Below are positions 1 through 9,338 of a stretch of 37,188 bases of DNA, piece after piece. The notes beneath the pieces are model-generated. The model ran no database searches, was not told where the DNA came from, and was given only the letters and a program-made list of their open reading frames with translations. This DNA comes from a virus. Taxonomy: Duplodnaviria > Caudoviricetes. How positions within the stretch are numbered: position 1 is the first letter of the stretch; every line of letters begins with the position of its first letter. The stretch spans positions 1 through 37,188 of the IMG/VR virus record IMGVR_UViG_3300049930_000036; one strand, 5' to 3'. Both the position numbers and the translations under genes were made by a program.

Positions 1-225
1 GATGACGATGCACAAAGTCTTACTAAAAAACCCGAATCATCTTTAGAAACAACTCCTTCGCATGAATTAAAAAGCCTATGTGTAAAGCATGGCATATCAG
101 CTGGTGAATTTGCTAAGTTTCATAATATCGATAGTGCAAAGCCTGAAACTGTAAAAGACGGCGTAGATAATTTTATTGTACTAAAAGAAAGATTTTTAGA
201 GGCATCACATGCAGATATACACTGA
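1..225 (+). CDS. C-terminal part of a probable ERF-family single-strand annealing recombinase (5'-truncated by window)
   Basis: Frame 1 is open from base 1 to TGA at 223-225 (DDDAQSLTKKPE...HADIH). DDD(A/G) is the motif ending ERF domains, and the ORF lies upstream of a YqaJ exonuclease. Confidence 0.5.
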   Translation, partial: DDDAQSLTKKPESSLETTPSHELKSLCVKHGISAGEFAKFHNIDSAKPETVKDGVDNFIVLKERFLEASHADIH

Positions 226-574
226 AGAATTAGATATAAATAGATATCTAGGTAGAAAACTATATGAAGCAAGATGTACAGCAGGTCTTACTAGGCAGAA
301 TCTAGCTAAGAAAATTCATGTTTCAGGTCATCAACTAACTAAATATGAAAATGGGACAAATCAGATTAGCATAGTTAAATTAATATCAATTGCAAAAATA
401 TTATATTTGGATCTAGATTATTTTTTTGAAGATATTAAACCTATAGAATGGGATGAAAAAACAGCTAAAGATAGAAATTTTTACTTAGATGTATCTAATA
501 ATTTTATGCAAATAAAAGATAAGGTATGCCAGAAGATACTAAGTGATTTACTAAAACTATTAGCTAAAAAATGA
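209..574 (+). CDS. XRE-family helix-turn-helix regulator
   Basis: LGRKLYEARCTAGLTRQNLAKKIHVSGHQLTKYENGTNQISI is a typical HTH_3 pattern. Confidence 0.85.
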   Translation: MQIYTEELDINRYLGRKLYEARCTAGLTRQNLAKKIHVSGHQLTKYENGTNQISIVKLISIAKILYLDLDYFFEDIKPIEWDEKTAKDRNFYLDVSNNFMQIKDKVCQKILSDLLKLLAKK

Positions 575-1206
575 AGATACATACTGATTTCTTGCAAGGT
601 TCTGACGAATGGCGCAAGATGAAGCTGGGAAAAATATCGGCTTCATCATTTTATAAGCTACTTGGTACAAAGGCGGCTCGTAATAAATATATTTATGAGT
701 TAGCAAGTCAGAGGATTACTTCTTCCAAATCTGATAGCAAAGAATATGCAAATTTTCATATGCAACGTGGTAATCAATTTGAAGATGTAGCAAGAGAAGC
801 ATACAAGGACAAAACTTTTTATGAAGTGCAACAGGTAGGATTAATACAATTAAATGATGATGTAGTATGCTCTCCTGATGGGTTAGTAGATGATGAGGGG
901 GTAATAGAGATAAAAGTCCCTGATTCATATAATTATATTGCTCAGGTTTTAGATATAACTCAAAACGGAATAAAAGGTGTTCCAAATGAATATTATACAC
1001 AGATGCAAGTTAATTTATACATATCTAATCGTCAATGGTGCGACTATGTGCTATATAATCCGAAGCATGCTGCTGTAGGAAATGGGACGTTTATTTATAG
1101 AATAGAAAGAGACATGATATATAATGATACTATCGAAATAGCGATTAATGAAGGTATAAAAACAATAAATCAATATATTATTAAGTACCAAGAGGCGTTT
1201 CAATGA
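571..1206 (+). CDS. YqaJ / lambda-exonuclease family protein
   Basis: QGSDEW..KLGKISAS, MQRGNQFE, CSPDGLV, IEIKVP, YYTQMQ and WCDYV motifs. Confidence 0.92.
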   Translation: MKIHTDFLQGSDEWRKMKLGKISASSFYKLLGTKAARNKYIYELASQRITSSKSDSKEYANFHMQRGNQFEDVAREAYKDKTFYEVQQVGLIQLNDDVVCSPDGLVDDEGVIEIKVPDSYNYIAQVLDITQNGIKGVPNEYYTQMQVNLYISNRQWCDYVLYNPKHAAVGNGTFIYRIERDMIYNDTIEIAINEGIKTINQYIIKYQEAFQ

Positions 1207-1694
1207 GAAAAGTTATACAAGAAGAACTAGATACAATGATAAATGATTATCATGAATATATTTATGCTTATAGACATACTGGGGCAAAAGCGAATCTTAG
1301 ATCGCAACCTCATTTTGAAGAACTAGATCTATCTGGTTTAGATTTTACAGGAGCAGATTTAGAAAATGCATCTTTTATGGAGTCCACCTGTACAGGAGTT
1401 AATTTTAAATATTCTAATTTAATCGGGGCTAGATTTGATAGATCCTTTTGCGAAAGTGCAGTATTTGAACTTGCTAATTGCACAGGAGCAAATTTTAGTT
1501 CATCTCGTTGTAACGAGGCAAATTTTAAATATTCAAATTGCTATCAAGCTAATTTTAATAAATGTGATTTGAGATATGCTGATTTTACTGGTGCTGATAC
1601 ATACGATATTTCATTAGTAAAAGCAGATTTAGAAGGTGTAACAACAATAAACTTTACTCAAACAACAATAGAAGAACAAGAAGACTGCAATTAA
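1203..1694 (+). CDS. Pentapeptide-repeat protein
   Basis: Tandem A(D/N)(L/F)xx units: LDFTG ADLEN ASFME ... ANFSS ... ADFTG. Confidence 0.9.
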   Translation: MRKVIQEELDTMINDYHEYIYAYRHTGAKANLRSQPHFEELDLSGLDFTGADLENASFMESTCTGVNFKYSNLIGARFDRSFCESAVFELANCTGANFSSSRCNEANFKYSNCYQANFNKCDLRYADFTGADTYDISLVKADLEGVTTINFTQTTIEEQEDCN

Positions 1695-1707
1695 ACTATT
1701 TAGTAAA

Positions 1708-2103
1708 ATGAAAGAAGAGGCTAAAGAGCGTATAAAGCAAATAAATATCAAGATAGGTAACAACCTACTGAAAGCTAGGCTTGCAGCAGGTTTTAGTCGA
1801 TCGCAATTATCTAAAAAAGGAATATATGTTAATCAACAGCAAATACATAAATACGAGAAAGGCGGTAACAATTCAATTCCAATAGGCAGATTAGTTCTAA
1901 TATCAGAAGCGTTAGAAGTTGAGCTATTTTCTTTATTAGATGGCATTAAGGATGATAAGCCAATCAATAAAGTAAAAGGCAGTCGAGCATTATGCAGAAA
2001 AATTGCACGTGATGTAATGAAAGTAAAAAGTCGAGATCAACAGCAAACTATTCATAAAATAATCCTAGATATAATAAATGCTCAAGATTTGCCTAAGGAA
2101 TAA
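1708..2103 (+). CDS. XRE-family HTH regulator (paralog of 209-574)
   Basis: IGNNLLKARLAAGFSRSQLSKK..VNQQQIHKYEKG.N.IPIGRL. Confidence 0.85.
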   Translation: MKEEAKERIKQINIKIGNNLLKARLAAGFSRSQLSKKGIYVNQQQIHKYEKGGNNSIPIGRLVLISEALEVELFSLLDGIKDDKPINKVKGSRALCRKIARDVMKVKSRDQQQTIHKIILDIINAQDLPKE

Positions 2104-2266
2104 TATCATATAATGTTGGTGTAGGGGCTTTAGACACTGCATTTTGTTCTCTTATAGCAATATTAAAAGATGTATATTCTTCGTTCTTAAAAAACTTGAT
2201 AAACAAGCACACAAACAGAATTAATAATGCTATGCGAAAAATTTCAATGGTAAATCTTGGAAACAT
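2093..2266 (-). CDS. Putative 57-aa single-pass membrane protein (not in ORF track)
   Basis: Hand translation: MFPRFTIEIFRIALLILFVCLFIKFFKNEEYTSFNIAIREQNAVSKAPTPTLYDIIP*. It fills the intergenic gap, but no clear RBS is visible. Confidence 0.35.
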   Translation of the reverse strand: MFPRFTIEIFRIALLILFVCLFIKFFKNEEYTSFNIAIREQNAVSKAPTPTLYDIIP

Positions 2267-2359
2267 AAATACTTATAGAAGTTTATAGAATTAACATTTT
2301 ATCATAAAATAAGATTTGTGGTAAAAAAAAATGTAAAATTCTATTATAAATATTCTAAG

Positions 2360-2395
2360 TTGACAATATAGTATATTTGTAATACAATGTATTAC
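2360..2395 (+). promoter_or_regulatory. Sigma70 promoter of the TA operon with overlapping operator
   Basis: TTGACA (2360-2365), 17-bp spacer, TACAAT (2383-2388). Perfect inverted repeat GTAATACA-A-TGTATTAC (2379-2395) covers the -10. Confidence 0.85.
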
Positions 2396-2419
2396 GTAAT
2401 ATAAATATTTGAGGTAATT

Positions 2420-2662
2420 ATGACAGTGCTTAGTATACGTATTTCGGATGAGTTGAATAACAGTTTGGTTAAATCAGCTGAGTATCTAGATAGAAAGAAA
2501 GGATATTTAGTTCGTAAGGCTCTTGAAACTTATCTACAAGAATTACAAGAAGACATAGAGGATTATAATGATGCTGTAGAAGCATTAAAAGATGATAGTC
2601 CAACATTCACTTTGGAAGAAGTTATACAAGAATTTGGTTTGCAAGATGAAATGGCAAATTAA
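2420..2662 (+). CDS. relB: Ribbon-helix-helix antitoxin (RelB-like)
   Basis: MTVLSIRISDEL N-terminal RHH, acidic C-terminus (EDIEDY...FTLEEV), GAGG RBS, overlaps the toxin gene. Confidence 0.85.
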   Translation: MTVLSIRISDELNNSLVKSAEYLDRKKGYLVRKALETYLQELQEDIEDYNDAVEALKDDSPTFTLEEVIQEFGLQDEMAN

Positions 2663-2915
2663 ATTCAAAGGAAAAAGTAAAAAACAGTTAGATAAATTAG
2701 ATAAAGAATCTCGAGATAAGATTTTAAAATATCTTTATAAAACAGTATCAAACCTTCAGCATCCAAACCAATTAGGTAAGGCATTGAGAAATAATTTAAA
2801 AGGATGTTGGCGTTATCGAGTAAATAAATTCAGAATTATCTGTGAATTACAAGAAGGAGAACTTATTGTTTTAGTGTTAAAAGTAGCTCAGAGAGATATA
2901 GTTTACGAAGATTAA
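2646..2915 (+). CDS. relE: RelE/StbE-family mRNA interferase toxin (start re-called at MKWQIKF)
   Basis: GKALRNNLKGCWRYRVNKFRIIC...VLVLKVAQRDIVY RelE pattern; in-frame ATG at 2646 overlaps the antitoxin end. Confidence 0.88.
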   Translation: MKWQIKFKGKSKKQLDKLDKESRDKILKYLYKTVSNLQHPNQLGKALRNNLKGCWRYRVNKFRIICELQEGELIVLVLKVAQRDIVYED

Positions 2916-3218
2916 TTAATATTCAGTTATCTCAAGAGGATAAAGGGATTCTACTTGCTTCTTCTTCAAAATATACATAGGGGTTTTTATTCCCTTTACG
3001 TCCTCAAAGGTTACTTCACCATTAGCCCAGAATATTACAAAATCACATAGATACTTGACATTACCAGGCAAATGAAAAGGTACTTGCCTTAAGAAAAACA
3101 ATATATCGCCAGCTTTTTTTAGCAAAAGTAGTTCTTTATATCTTTTAGCTTCTTTTTTAGAGGCAAACTTAATCCCATCATATTCGGTAGGGATAGCATG
3201 AAACTTATGCTTTATCAC
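2916..3218 (-). CDS. DUF1064-family PD-(D/E)XK nuclease-like phage protein
   Basis: K(F/Y)..DGIKFASKKEA.RY...QV.F...Y.CDF...EDVKG motif. Confidence 0.8.
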   Translation of the reverse strand: MIKHKFHAIPTEYDGIKFASKKEAKRYKELLLLKKAGDILFFLRQVPFHLPGNVKYLCDFVIFWANGEVTFEDVKGIKTPMYILKKKQVESLYPLEITEY

Positions 3219-3718
3219 AAGCTAATTTCAAGTTTAATATGTTTGCTAGTTGAAGATTGCCCCATATTGCCATTTAAATAACTTTTGATATTTTGAAATA
3301 CCTTATAAGTTATGCGATTGGCTAATTCATCGGAAATGTCTTTTTCTTCCTCTTCTTCATGCTCTTCGTGTTTTGACATTTTTTTTGCGGAACTTAAAAA
3401 AGGTGCTCTTCTAAAAGATGATTCATTATGATTTGATTTTCTTGAATCCTCTAAGATAGGATTGATAGTGCGTGCATCAAATGCTTTAGCCATTCTCGGT
3501 GCATAATGCATATCTTCTTTACCTTTGTCTTTCTCCATCATTTTAGGCAAAGAAAAGCCATTCATAGGAGCTTTATCTAAAAAAGAGCCCGTCATTTTAT
3601 TCATTTCTGCTTCATGTGATCTCATCGATTTAGGCAATATAATACTTTCTATCACGGGATTTTTATTTTTAATCTGTATAACTTTTCTATTCATTGCAAA
3701 TTCTTTAGCTCCTACCAT
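3215..3718 (-). CDS. Hypothetical phage protein
   Basis: 167-aa ORF co-oriented and coupled with neighbours; no recognisable motif. Confidence 0.6.
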   Translation of the reverse strand: MVGAKEFAMNRKVIQIKNKNPVIESIILPKSMRSHEAEMNKMTGSFLDKAPMNGFSLPKMMEKDKGKEDMHYAPRMAKAFDARTINPILEDSRKSNHNESSFRRAPFLSSAKKMSKHEEHEEEEEKDISDELANRITYKVFQNIKSYLNGNMGQSSTSKHIKLEISL

Positions 3719-3736
3719 ATTTTTACCTATTATTTG

Positions 3737-5773
3737 TTATTGCCATTGTCCATTTATATATCTTGCCGGAGAAGACATATTCCTAGTCTGTTCCCATGCT
3801 TGTTGCGAATCTGGAAAATCAGTAGGGCTTCGTTGAAAACTATCTGTTTGCCATATAAATTTCTTATTATCATTACGGCGACGTAGATTATATCCATTAT
3901 CTTTTAGCCATTTTGCTGTATATTCATTTCCATTGAGAGCTAACCCTCTTGTGTACGCTGCCAGATTTGCATTTGTAAACATTTCAGGAGTTAAAAGTTT
4001 ATGATTATATTGAGGAGGTACTGCATTTCTTTCAGCTTCCGCTCTTAATCCAGCTAATCTTTGGGCTTCTGCTGCTTGAGCCTGTTGTTGCTGCTGTGCT
4101 TGTTGACGCTGCTGTGCTTGTCTTTGAGCTTCTGCTGCTTGAGCAGCTTTTTGTTGTTGAGCTTGAGTTGTAAATACTCCAAGCTGACGCTGTAAATCAG
4201 CTATAGTAGCATTGCTAGTATCTAAATTCCTATTTGCTGTTTGAGCTTCTTTTTGTGACTCACTATAATTCGTATTTAATCCTGCTAAATCATTTATTGA
4301 GAGATTTCTATTATCCATTCCTCGGAATACATCGCCTAATGCTCCTTGTCTTGCTTCACGGCTAATTGCTCCTTTTAAGTGAGGCCATTCCCAATTAGCT
4401 TCATTTTGGAAGTTTTTATAAAGATCTTCATTTTCAGCTTGTTCATTACCAAACTTAGTTGCTCCAAGATTATTAGTGTTTCTAATTTTATTAAGCATAT
4501 CCTCATATTCTCTTTGAGCCTGATCGCCTAAAACCCTTGTTTGTTTTAAATTAGATTGTTGCTGTTGATGACCCAAAGATAGTTCTGATTTCATAGCATC
4601 TTGTAGCATTCTATTTCTTTGCTCTAATGTTGCCTTAGAAATTTCTCTAGCTCTGCTTTCAGCACTTTTCATATGCTGAGGCGATCCATATTGATTAGAT
4701 TGAATATATTGGTTATTTATGCCTGCTAGATCCTTTTTAAGACGTCTCTGGGCTTCTGATTCTAAATTACTAACTTGTCCCTGCATTCTAGCTGGAACTG
4801 CTACCATGGCGTTCTCTCCAACATTCTGATTATTCATCATTTGCTGAATTAAAGCTTTTTGCTGAGCATATTGAGAACCTTTAAATTTAGGGCTCATCGA
4901 TTCTAATGTACTTTGAGATGCTAATATTTCCGGAGGAAGATCAGCCATTAATTTTCCTGGATAAGATGGAGATGGCATACGTGCATTTCCCCATTCGGAT
5001 ACCGGCTTAGATGTATCTATTCCATAGGCTCGGAGTGCCTGCAGAGCATCTTTGCCTGATTGTGCCTGTAATTCAGGAAGACCATTAGGATCTAAATTTC
5101 TGCTTAAAGGATTAAGAGAGTCTTGGAGCATATCCATTTTTCTAAATGGTGCATTTGCTTCTTGTTCAAATGCATTTTTATTAGCTGCATTTACTAGATT
5201 ATTATAACCGTGCTTTTGAGCTCCGAATTGTTCTAATGAGCCTACTAGACCTTTGCGTCTAGCTTGTTTTTGTTCTTGTAAGTTTCTAAGTCTTTCTGCA
5301 AAAGATTGATTGCTTGATTGTTCTAAAATACCAGCTGATCTGCCAATATCTTGCAATTGTGGCGAAGCTTCATTTAAACCAGCTCTTATATCCTTATTTG
5401 TTTTTTCTCTAAATCTACCAGTTCTAGGTTCATAAGCCTCTCTAAATTGTTTGCTTAAAGTTCTTAGCAAACCATTATCATTAAAAGTTTGTTGCTGAAC
5501 ACCTAAATTATTTAATTGTCCTTGTGGATTAATTCCCTGATTAGGACGACTTAATACTCGGTTTATTTTTCCTGCATAAGGTGCTGGTTTTGCATTAAAT
5601 CCACTTTGAAGCGATCTAGCTCTTTGAGTAAGACTCGACATAGGGGAAATGGTCTGCCCTTTGTAAACAGGATAATTAGTTCCTCCGAGTTTAGCTCGAT
5701 CCCTAGCTAAAATTTGATTAGCTTCGTTGAATACTTCTTCAGGAGCTAAATCGGATGCATATCTTAATGGCAT
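3737..5773 (-). CDS. Internal virion / DNA ejection protein (Q/A-rich, helical)
   Basis: 678 aa, Q/N/A-rich, after the nozzle gene; AGGAG RBS. Confidence 0.65.
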   Translation of the reverse strand: MPLRYASDLAPEEVFNEANQILARDRAKLGGTNYPVYKGQTISPMSSLTQRARSLQSGFNAKPAPYAGKINRVLSRPNQGINPQGQLNNLGVQQQTFNDNGLLRTLSKQFREAYEPRTGRFREKTNKDIRAGLNEASPQLQDIGRSAGILEQSSNQSFAERLRNLQEQKQARRKGLVGSLEQFGAQKHGYNNLVNAANKNAFEQEANAPFRKMDMLQDSLNPLSRNLDPNGLPELQAQSGKDALQALRAYGIDTSKPVSEWGNARMPSPSYPGKLMADLPPEILASQSTLESMSPKFKGSQYAQQKALIQQMMNNQNVGENAMVAVPARMQGQVSNLESEAQRRLKKDLAGINNQYIQSNQYGSPQHMKSAESRAREISKATLEQRNRMLQDAMKSELSLGHQQQQSNLKQTRVLGDQAQREYEDMLNKIRNTNNLGATKFGNEQAENEDLYKNFQNEANWEWPHLKGAISREARQGALGDVFRGMDNRNLSINDLAGLNTNYSESQKEAQTANRNLDTSNATIADLQRQLGVFTTQAQQQKAAQAAEAQRQAQQRQQAQQQQQAQAAEAQRLAGLRAEAERNAVPPQYNHKLLTPEMFTNANLAAYTRGLALNGNEYTAKWLKDNGYNLRRRNDNKKFIWQTDSFQRSPTDFPDSQQAWEQTRNMSSPARYINGQWQ

Positions 5774-5782
5774 AAAAACTCC

Positions 5783-7480
5783 TTACTTTAAGTAACTTGA
5801 AACAGGTTTAGCTTTAGGGGGGAGAGTTGCTCTTCCTCCACGTTTATGTTTACGAACATTCTTCATTAGAGAATCAAGTTTTTTTGCTCCTCCCAGTTTG
5901 GCTACATCAGGAGGAGAGATATAATATTCTCCATCTGAAACAAGAGCGTCTATTGTATTTGCACCTGCTCTACTATTTCCATCTCCTAGATCTGATACTG
6001 TCGAAGCTTCTACTATGTAAGAATCTTTAGGTAATTGGATTCTTACATCATCATCTTGCCCCCCTCCTATTCCATCAATATAAGTTGATTTATTAGGAGC
6101 AAAAACTTTATGCGGATGACTATTATTCATCATCATCTCTTCTATCATCCCACCTTCTTTAAAAGGCATAGGCTGACCTGTGAAATTAGGATTGTTATAA
6201 TAACTAAACCATGATCCGAGTCTTTTTTGCTCTTCAGGTGTATGGCTTTTTCGGTATAGTGGATCAAGATTGCCTAATCGTTCTTCAGGCAAGAATTTAT
6301 TCCTTGCAATACTTCTTTGCATTCTAGCTTCCGCAAGTAAATCGGCTTCACGAGCAGCTCTCTCGGATGGTGTGAGCATTAAGGCTTTTTCTAAACGCTT
6401 TTGCTCATCAGCAAACTGTTCGGGAGTTTTTGGTCTTTCTTTTTTCGGACGATTTAATAAAGATGCAGCTGCGCTTGCAGCAGTTAATAAGTTTTTCGGT
6501 TTAGAAAGATAATCCCCTGTGTTACTCATTAATTTCTCTAGGAAATTAGCATCAGATTTTTTACTTCTTTTCTTTATTCCGTAATCTTCTTCATCTCCAT
6601 AGTCATCACCGCTACTTATTCCACTTAAACCATTCGCTCTATTGTAGTTTTGTAATGCAGAGCCGCTTTTATTAGCTGCAAATACAGCCGGTAATGCACC
6701 CATCCCTTGGGATGAACTACCACCTCCAAAACCGAATAATTTATCGATAGCGGGCATTAGAGCGTTTTTATTTCCATATTCACTAAGAGCCCCTCCAGCT
6801 CCAGGTGAGCCTAATGCGCTTAAACCTTTCCCGGCAAGATCAGCGAGTGTTGGTGCAGCTGCTCCCATTCCAAAACCTCTTAAGGCAGCTGCTCCAGCAT
6901 CTTTTCTTCCTCTTATTTTCGAGCCCGCTGCTCCTCCTAATGCGCCACCAATTGCGCCCCCAATTCCCGGTAATATCATATTTCCTAGTGCAACGCCTAA
7001 ACCTGGACCAATTACACTTTTGAACCATTTTTTTGGATTGTTAAAAAAACCGAATTGAGGTAAACCTGTTTCTTTATTTATAGTACCACTACCACCCATT
7101 TGCTTTAGCATCATGGCTTCTAGCGGGTTTATATGCGCTAAAATAGTGTCTTCGCCTTTTCCTTGTTGACGTATCATTTCGGCTAACATATGATAAGGTT
7201 TATTTTTAGTACGTGGATTTTCTGCAGGTCGTGACGAATTGTCACGATTTGATTTTACGTTACCACCTCTTGCATATCCCACAGGATTTAGATTTTGTGG
7301 TTGTGCCATTGCTGATTGCGCCGGGGGCGTCGGATAAGGGATATTATTCATCATACTGGGATCAACATTATTATATGCTGCATAAGGATCATTTGATCCA
7401 TAAGGCATATTTTGATATTGAGAATAAAGATTATTCGGATCTGCGTTTTGAAAACTATTATTAAATCTTGTATCAAACAT
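5783..7480 (-). CDS. Internal virion / DNA ejection protein
   Basis: EDTILAHINPLEA..LK..GGSGTINKETGLP motif, Gly-rich hydrophobic segments, and G.GGG..DDV...SDGEY C-terminal motif typical of podovirus injection proteins. Confidence 0.7.
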   Translation of the reverse strand: MFDTRFNNSFQNADPNNLYSQYQNMPYGSNDPYAAYNNVDPSMMNNIPYPTPPAQSAMAQPQNLNPVGYARGGNVKSNRDNSSRPAENPRTKNKPYHMLAEMIRQQGKGEDTILAHINPLEAMMLKQMGGSGTINKETGLPQFGFFNNPKKWFKSVIGPGLGVALGNMILPGIGGAIGGALGGAAGSKIRGRKDAGAAALRGFGMGAAAPTLADLAGKGLSALGSPGAGGALSEYGNKNALMPAIDKLFGFGGGSSSQGMGALPAVFAANKSGSALQNYNRANGLSGISSGDDYGDEEDYGIKKRSKKSDANFLEKLMSNTGDYLSKPKNLLTAASAAASLLNRPKKERPKTPEQFADEQKRLEKALMLTPSERAAREADLLAEARMQRSIARNKFLPEERLGNLDPLYRKSHTPEEQKRLGSWFSYYNNPNFTGQPMPFKEGGMIEEMMMNNSHPHKVFAPNKSTYIDGIGGGQDDDVRIQLPKDSYIVEASTVSDLGDGNSRAGANTIDALVSDGEYYISPPDVAKLGGAKKLDSLMKNVRKHKRGGRATLPPKAKPVSSYLK

Positions 7481-7482
7481 AT

Positions 7483-7761
7483 CTAAACCTCATTATTTTT
7501 AGATTCATTATTCAAAAGCAAATAGACAACCTTTGCCCATTCAGTCCAGTCCTTAAAATTTTCCTTTCTACTACCCTTGTAAATTGAGAAAGGAGAAGGA
7601 ACTCGATTACGCTGAAAAACTCCAGTACCAGCTACAATCGCTGCCCATTCTTGCCATTTACTTTCATCTTGTAGAATCGGCAAATAAGATGAGGGATTGT
7701 CAGCTATTAATGCTCCAGCCCAATTTTTCAGATCAATATATTCTGGATAAACTACTAACAT
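7483..7761 (-). CDS. Small Trp-rich virion-associated protein
   Basis: Repeated W.(E/N)WA motif; coupled to the nozzle gene. Confidence 0.6.
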   Translation of the reverse strand: MLVVYPEYIDLKNWAGALIADNPSSYLPILQDESKWQEWAAIVAGTGVFQRNRVPSPFSIYKGSRKENFKDWTEWAKVVYLLLNNESKNNEV

Positions 7762-9338
7762 TATCTAGCGTCCCCAATTCCGAGTAATAACATGATTTGC
7801 CCAACCTCAAATTTTTCGTCAGATGAAAATTTAAGGGTCATATTACGCCCCTGCACTCTCATATCGATTTTGCCATCATTACTTGTAAAATTTTGTTCCG
7901 GATAATCTATTGTTTTAGATTGGGCATATTCTCTAGTGGAAACCTGTACGCTAAGTTGAGTAACTCCATCGCCCGTATCTACAAAATCAGGTTCTATTCT
8001 TTGTAAATCAATCCATCTATTAACTAATTGAGATGGTTGACTTCCTTTTGATAGTTTTGGAGGAAAAGCAACCCATGAAAATAAGGGAGCGACAAAATAG
8101 GAACTTATCGGTTCTTGTACCATTCCTCCTGGCGTGTTTTTTTCTTGGATAATATTAAATTCATGTCTCCATAAATATCCAATATTATCAGGATTAGTAA
8201 GAGGCTGACCATAAGTAGCCATAAAGCCAAAATTATTAGAAAATGTCCCGGCATCTCTTGAAATAGCTGTATCATACCAAAAGTTCTCTCGCTTATTATA
8301 AACAATAGCTCTTGAATTCCCTGGAACATTCTTAACAGGGTAAAACCACCAAATTTCACCATATTTTCCATTTTTAACGCCAAAAACTTGTTGGCGTCTG
8401 TCCATATCTATATTATCAAAGAAAAAATTCTGATTTAGCTTATTTGGTAACTCATCGACAATTCCGTTATAAACAAAGAATCTATCTGTCCCGGGCCAAA
8501 AGAAAAAACCATCATATTCAACTACACATTTGCTCGATAAAACAGATGACCCATTTGATATAGTTTCAGGCTTAAATATAATATTTCCAGTTACAGCATC
8601 AGTGCCACTATTCGTAACACGTACCACTGAAGATAATGTCCACAACAAAAGAGATGGAGTAGATGGACCACCCCGTATTGGTCTACCAAAAATAACTTTG
8701 TCCGTTGTAGCTATAAAAGATCCGCTATCTCCTCCTTGAAAAGTAAAAGGATCGTTACTTCTGCTATATTGTACAAAACCATTTGATCCAAAAAGGAACA
8801 TATAAGGAGCTGCAAAACATAAATTGCCATTAACCAAAGCATTCAGTCCGGTCATAGGAACTGATTCAGCCGGTTGGTTATTTAACGCTAGGGCAATTTC
8901 TTTTCTATAAAAAAGACTTGGGGTATTTTGGTTTATAACAATCTTGTTATTTGTTGCCATAAATAATATGTAGGATTTGTTTGTTGCAGTATTTACAACA
9001 GTTTCCGTTTCCCACATTAGATTTGGATTAGCCGGTATGGTTAATAGCGGATTTTGACTTAATGAGTTCCAGTTTGAATTAGAATTAACGACCGTCAGTC
9101 CAGTTTGGTGACCAACAAAAGTTAGAATTTCTCCAGCTTCATTAGTTGGATAAATTTTTAAATTAGTAATGTTAGCAATAGGAGTAGTGAAATTTATTCC
9201 TTTCATTCCCCCAATTTTTTTTAATCTATCCCTTTGAAATCTCATCCACTGGGCATCAGTGCAATATGTAGACTGAAATGTCGTACCGTCTCTTTGTACT
9301 CCTGAGTTATATATTAAAGGGAAAAGGGTAGCTGCCAT
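7761..9338 (-). CDS. Tail nozzle / P22 gp10-like stabilisation protein
   Basis: 525 aa, beta-rich; GVQRDGT..Y.DAQW.RF and FFVYNG.V..LP, YGEIWWFYP motifs; follows an adaptor gene. Confidence 0.75.
   Translation of the reverse strand: MAATLFPLIYNSGVQRDGTTFQSTYCTDAQWMRFQRDRLKKIGGMKGINFTTPIANITNLKIYPTNEAGEILTFVGHQTGLTVVNSNSNWNSLSQNPLLTIPANPNLMWETETVVNTATNKSYILFMATNNKIVINQNTPSLFYRKEIALALNNQPAESVPMTGLNALVNGNLCFAAPYMFLFGSNGFVQYSRSNDPFTFQGGDSGSFIATTDKVIFGRPIRGGPSTPSLLLWTLSSVVRVTNSGTDAVTGNIIFKPETISNGSSVLSSKCVVEYDGFFFWPGTDRFFVYNGIVDELPNKLNQNFFFDNIDMDRRQQVFGVKNGKYGEIWWFYPVKNVPGNSRAIVYNKRENFWYDTAISRDAGTFSNNFGFMATYGQPLTNPDNIGYLWRHEFNIIQEKNTPGGMVQEPISSYFVAPLFSWVAFPPKLSKGSQPSQLVNRWIDLQRIEPDFVDTGDGVTQLSVQVSTREYAQSKTIDYPEQNFTSNDGKIDMRVQGRNMTLKFSSDEKFEVGQIMLLLGIGDAR

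Noticed and set aside
2592-2645. Long N-terminal version of RelE from the ORF track
   Set aside because: It overlaps the antitoxin deeply; the ATG at 2646 gives a typical 89-aa RelE.
5771-5787. GGAGTTTTTATGCC start context resembling the structured leaders
   Set aside because: Only a 9-bp gap containing an RBS; no hairpin or pseudoknot element upstream.
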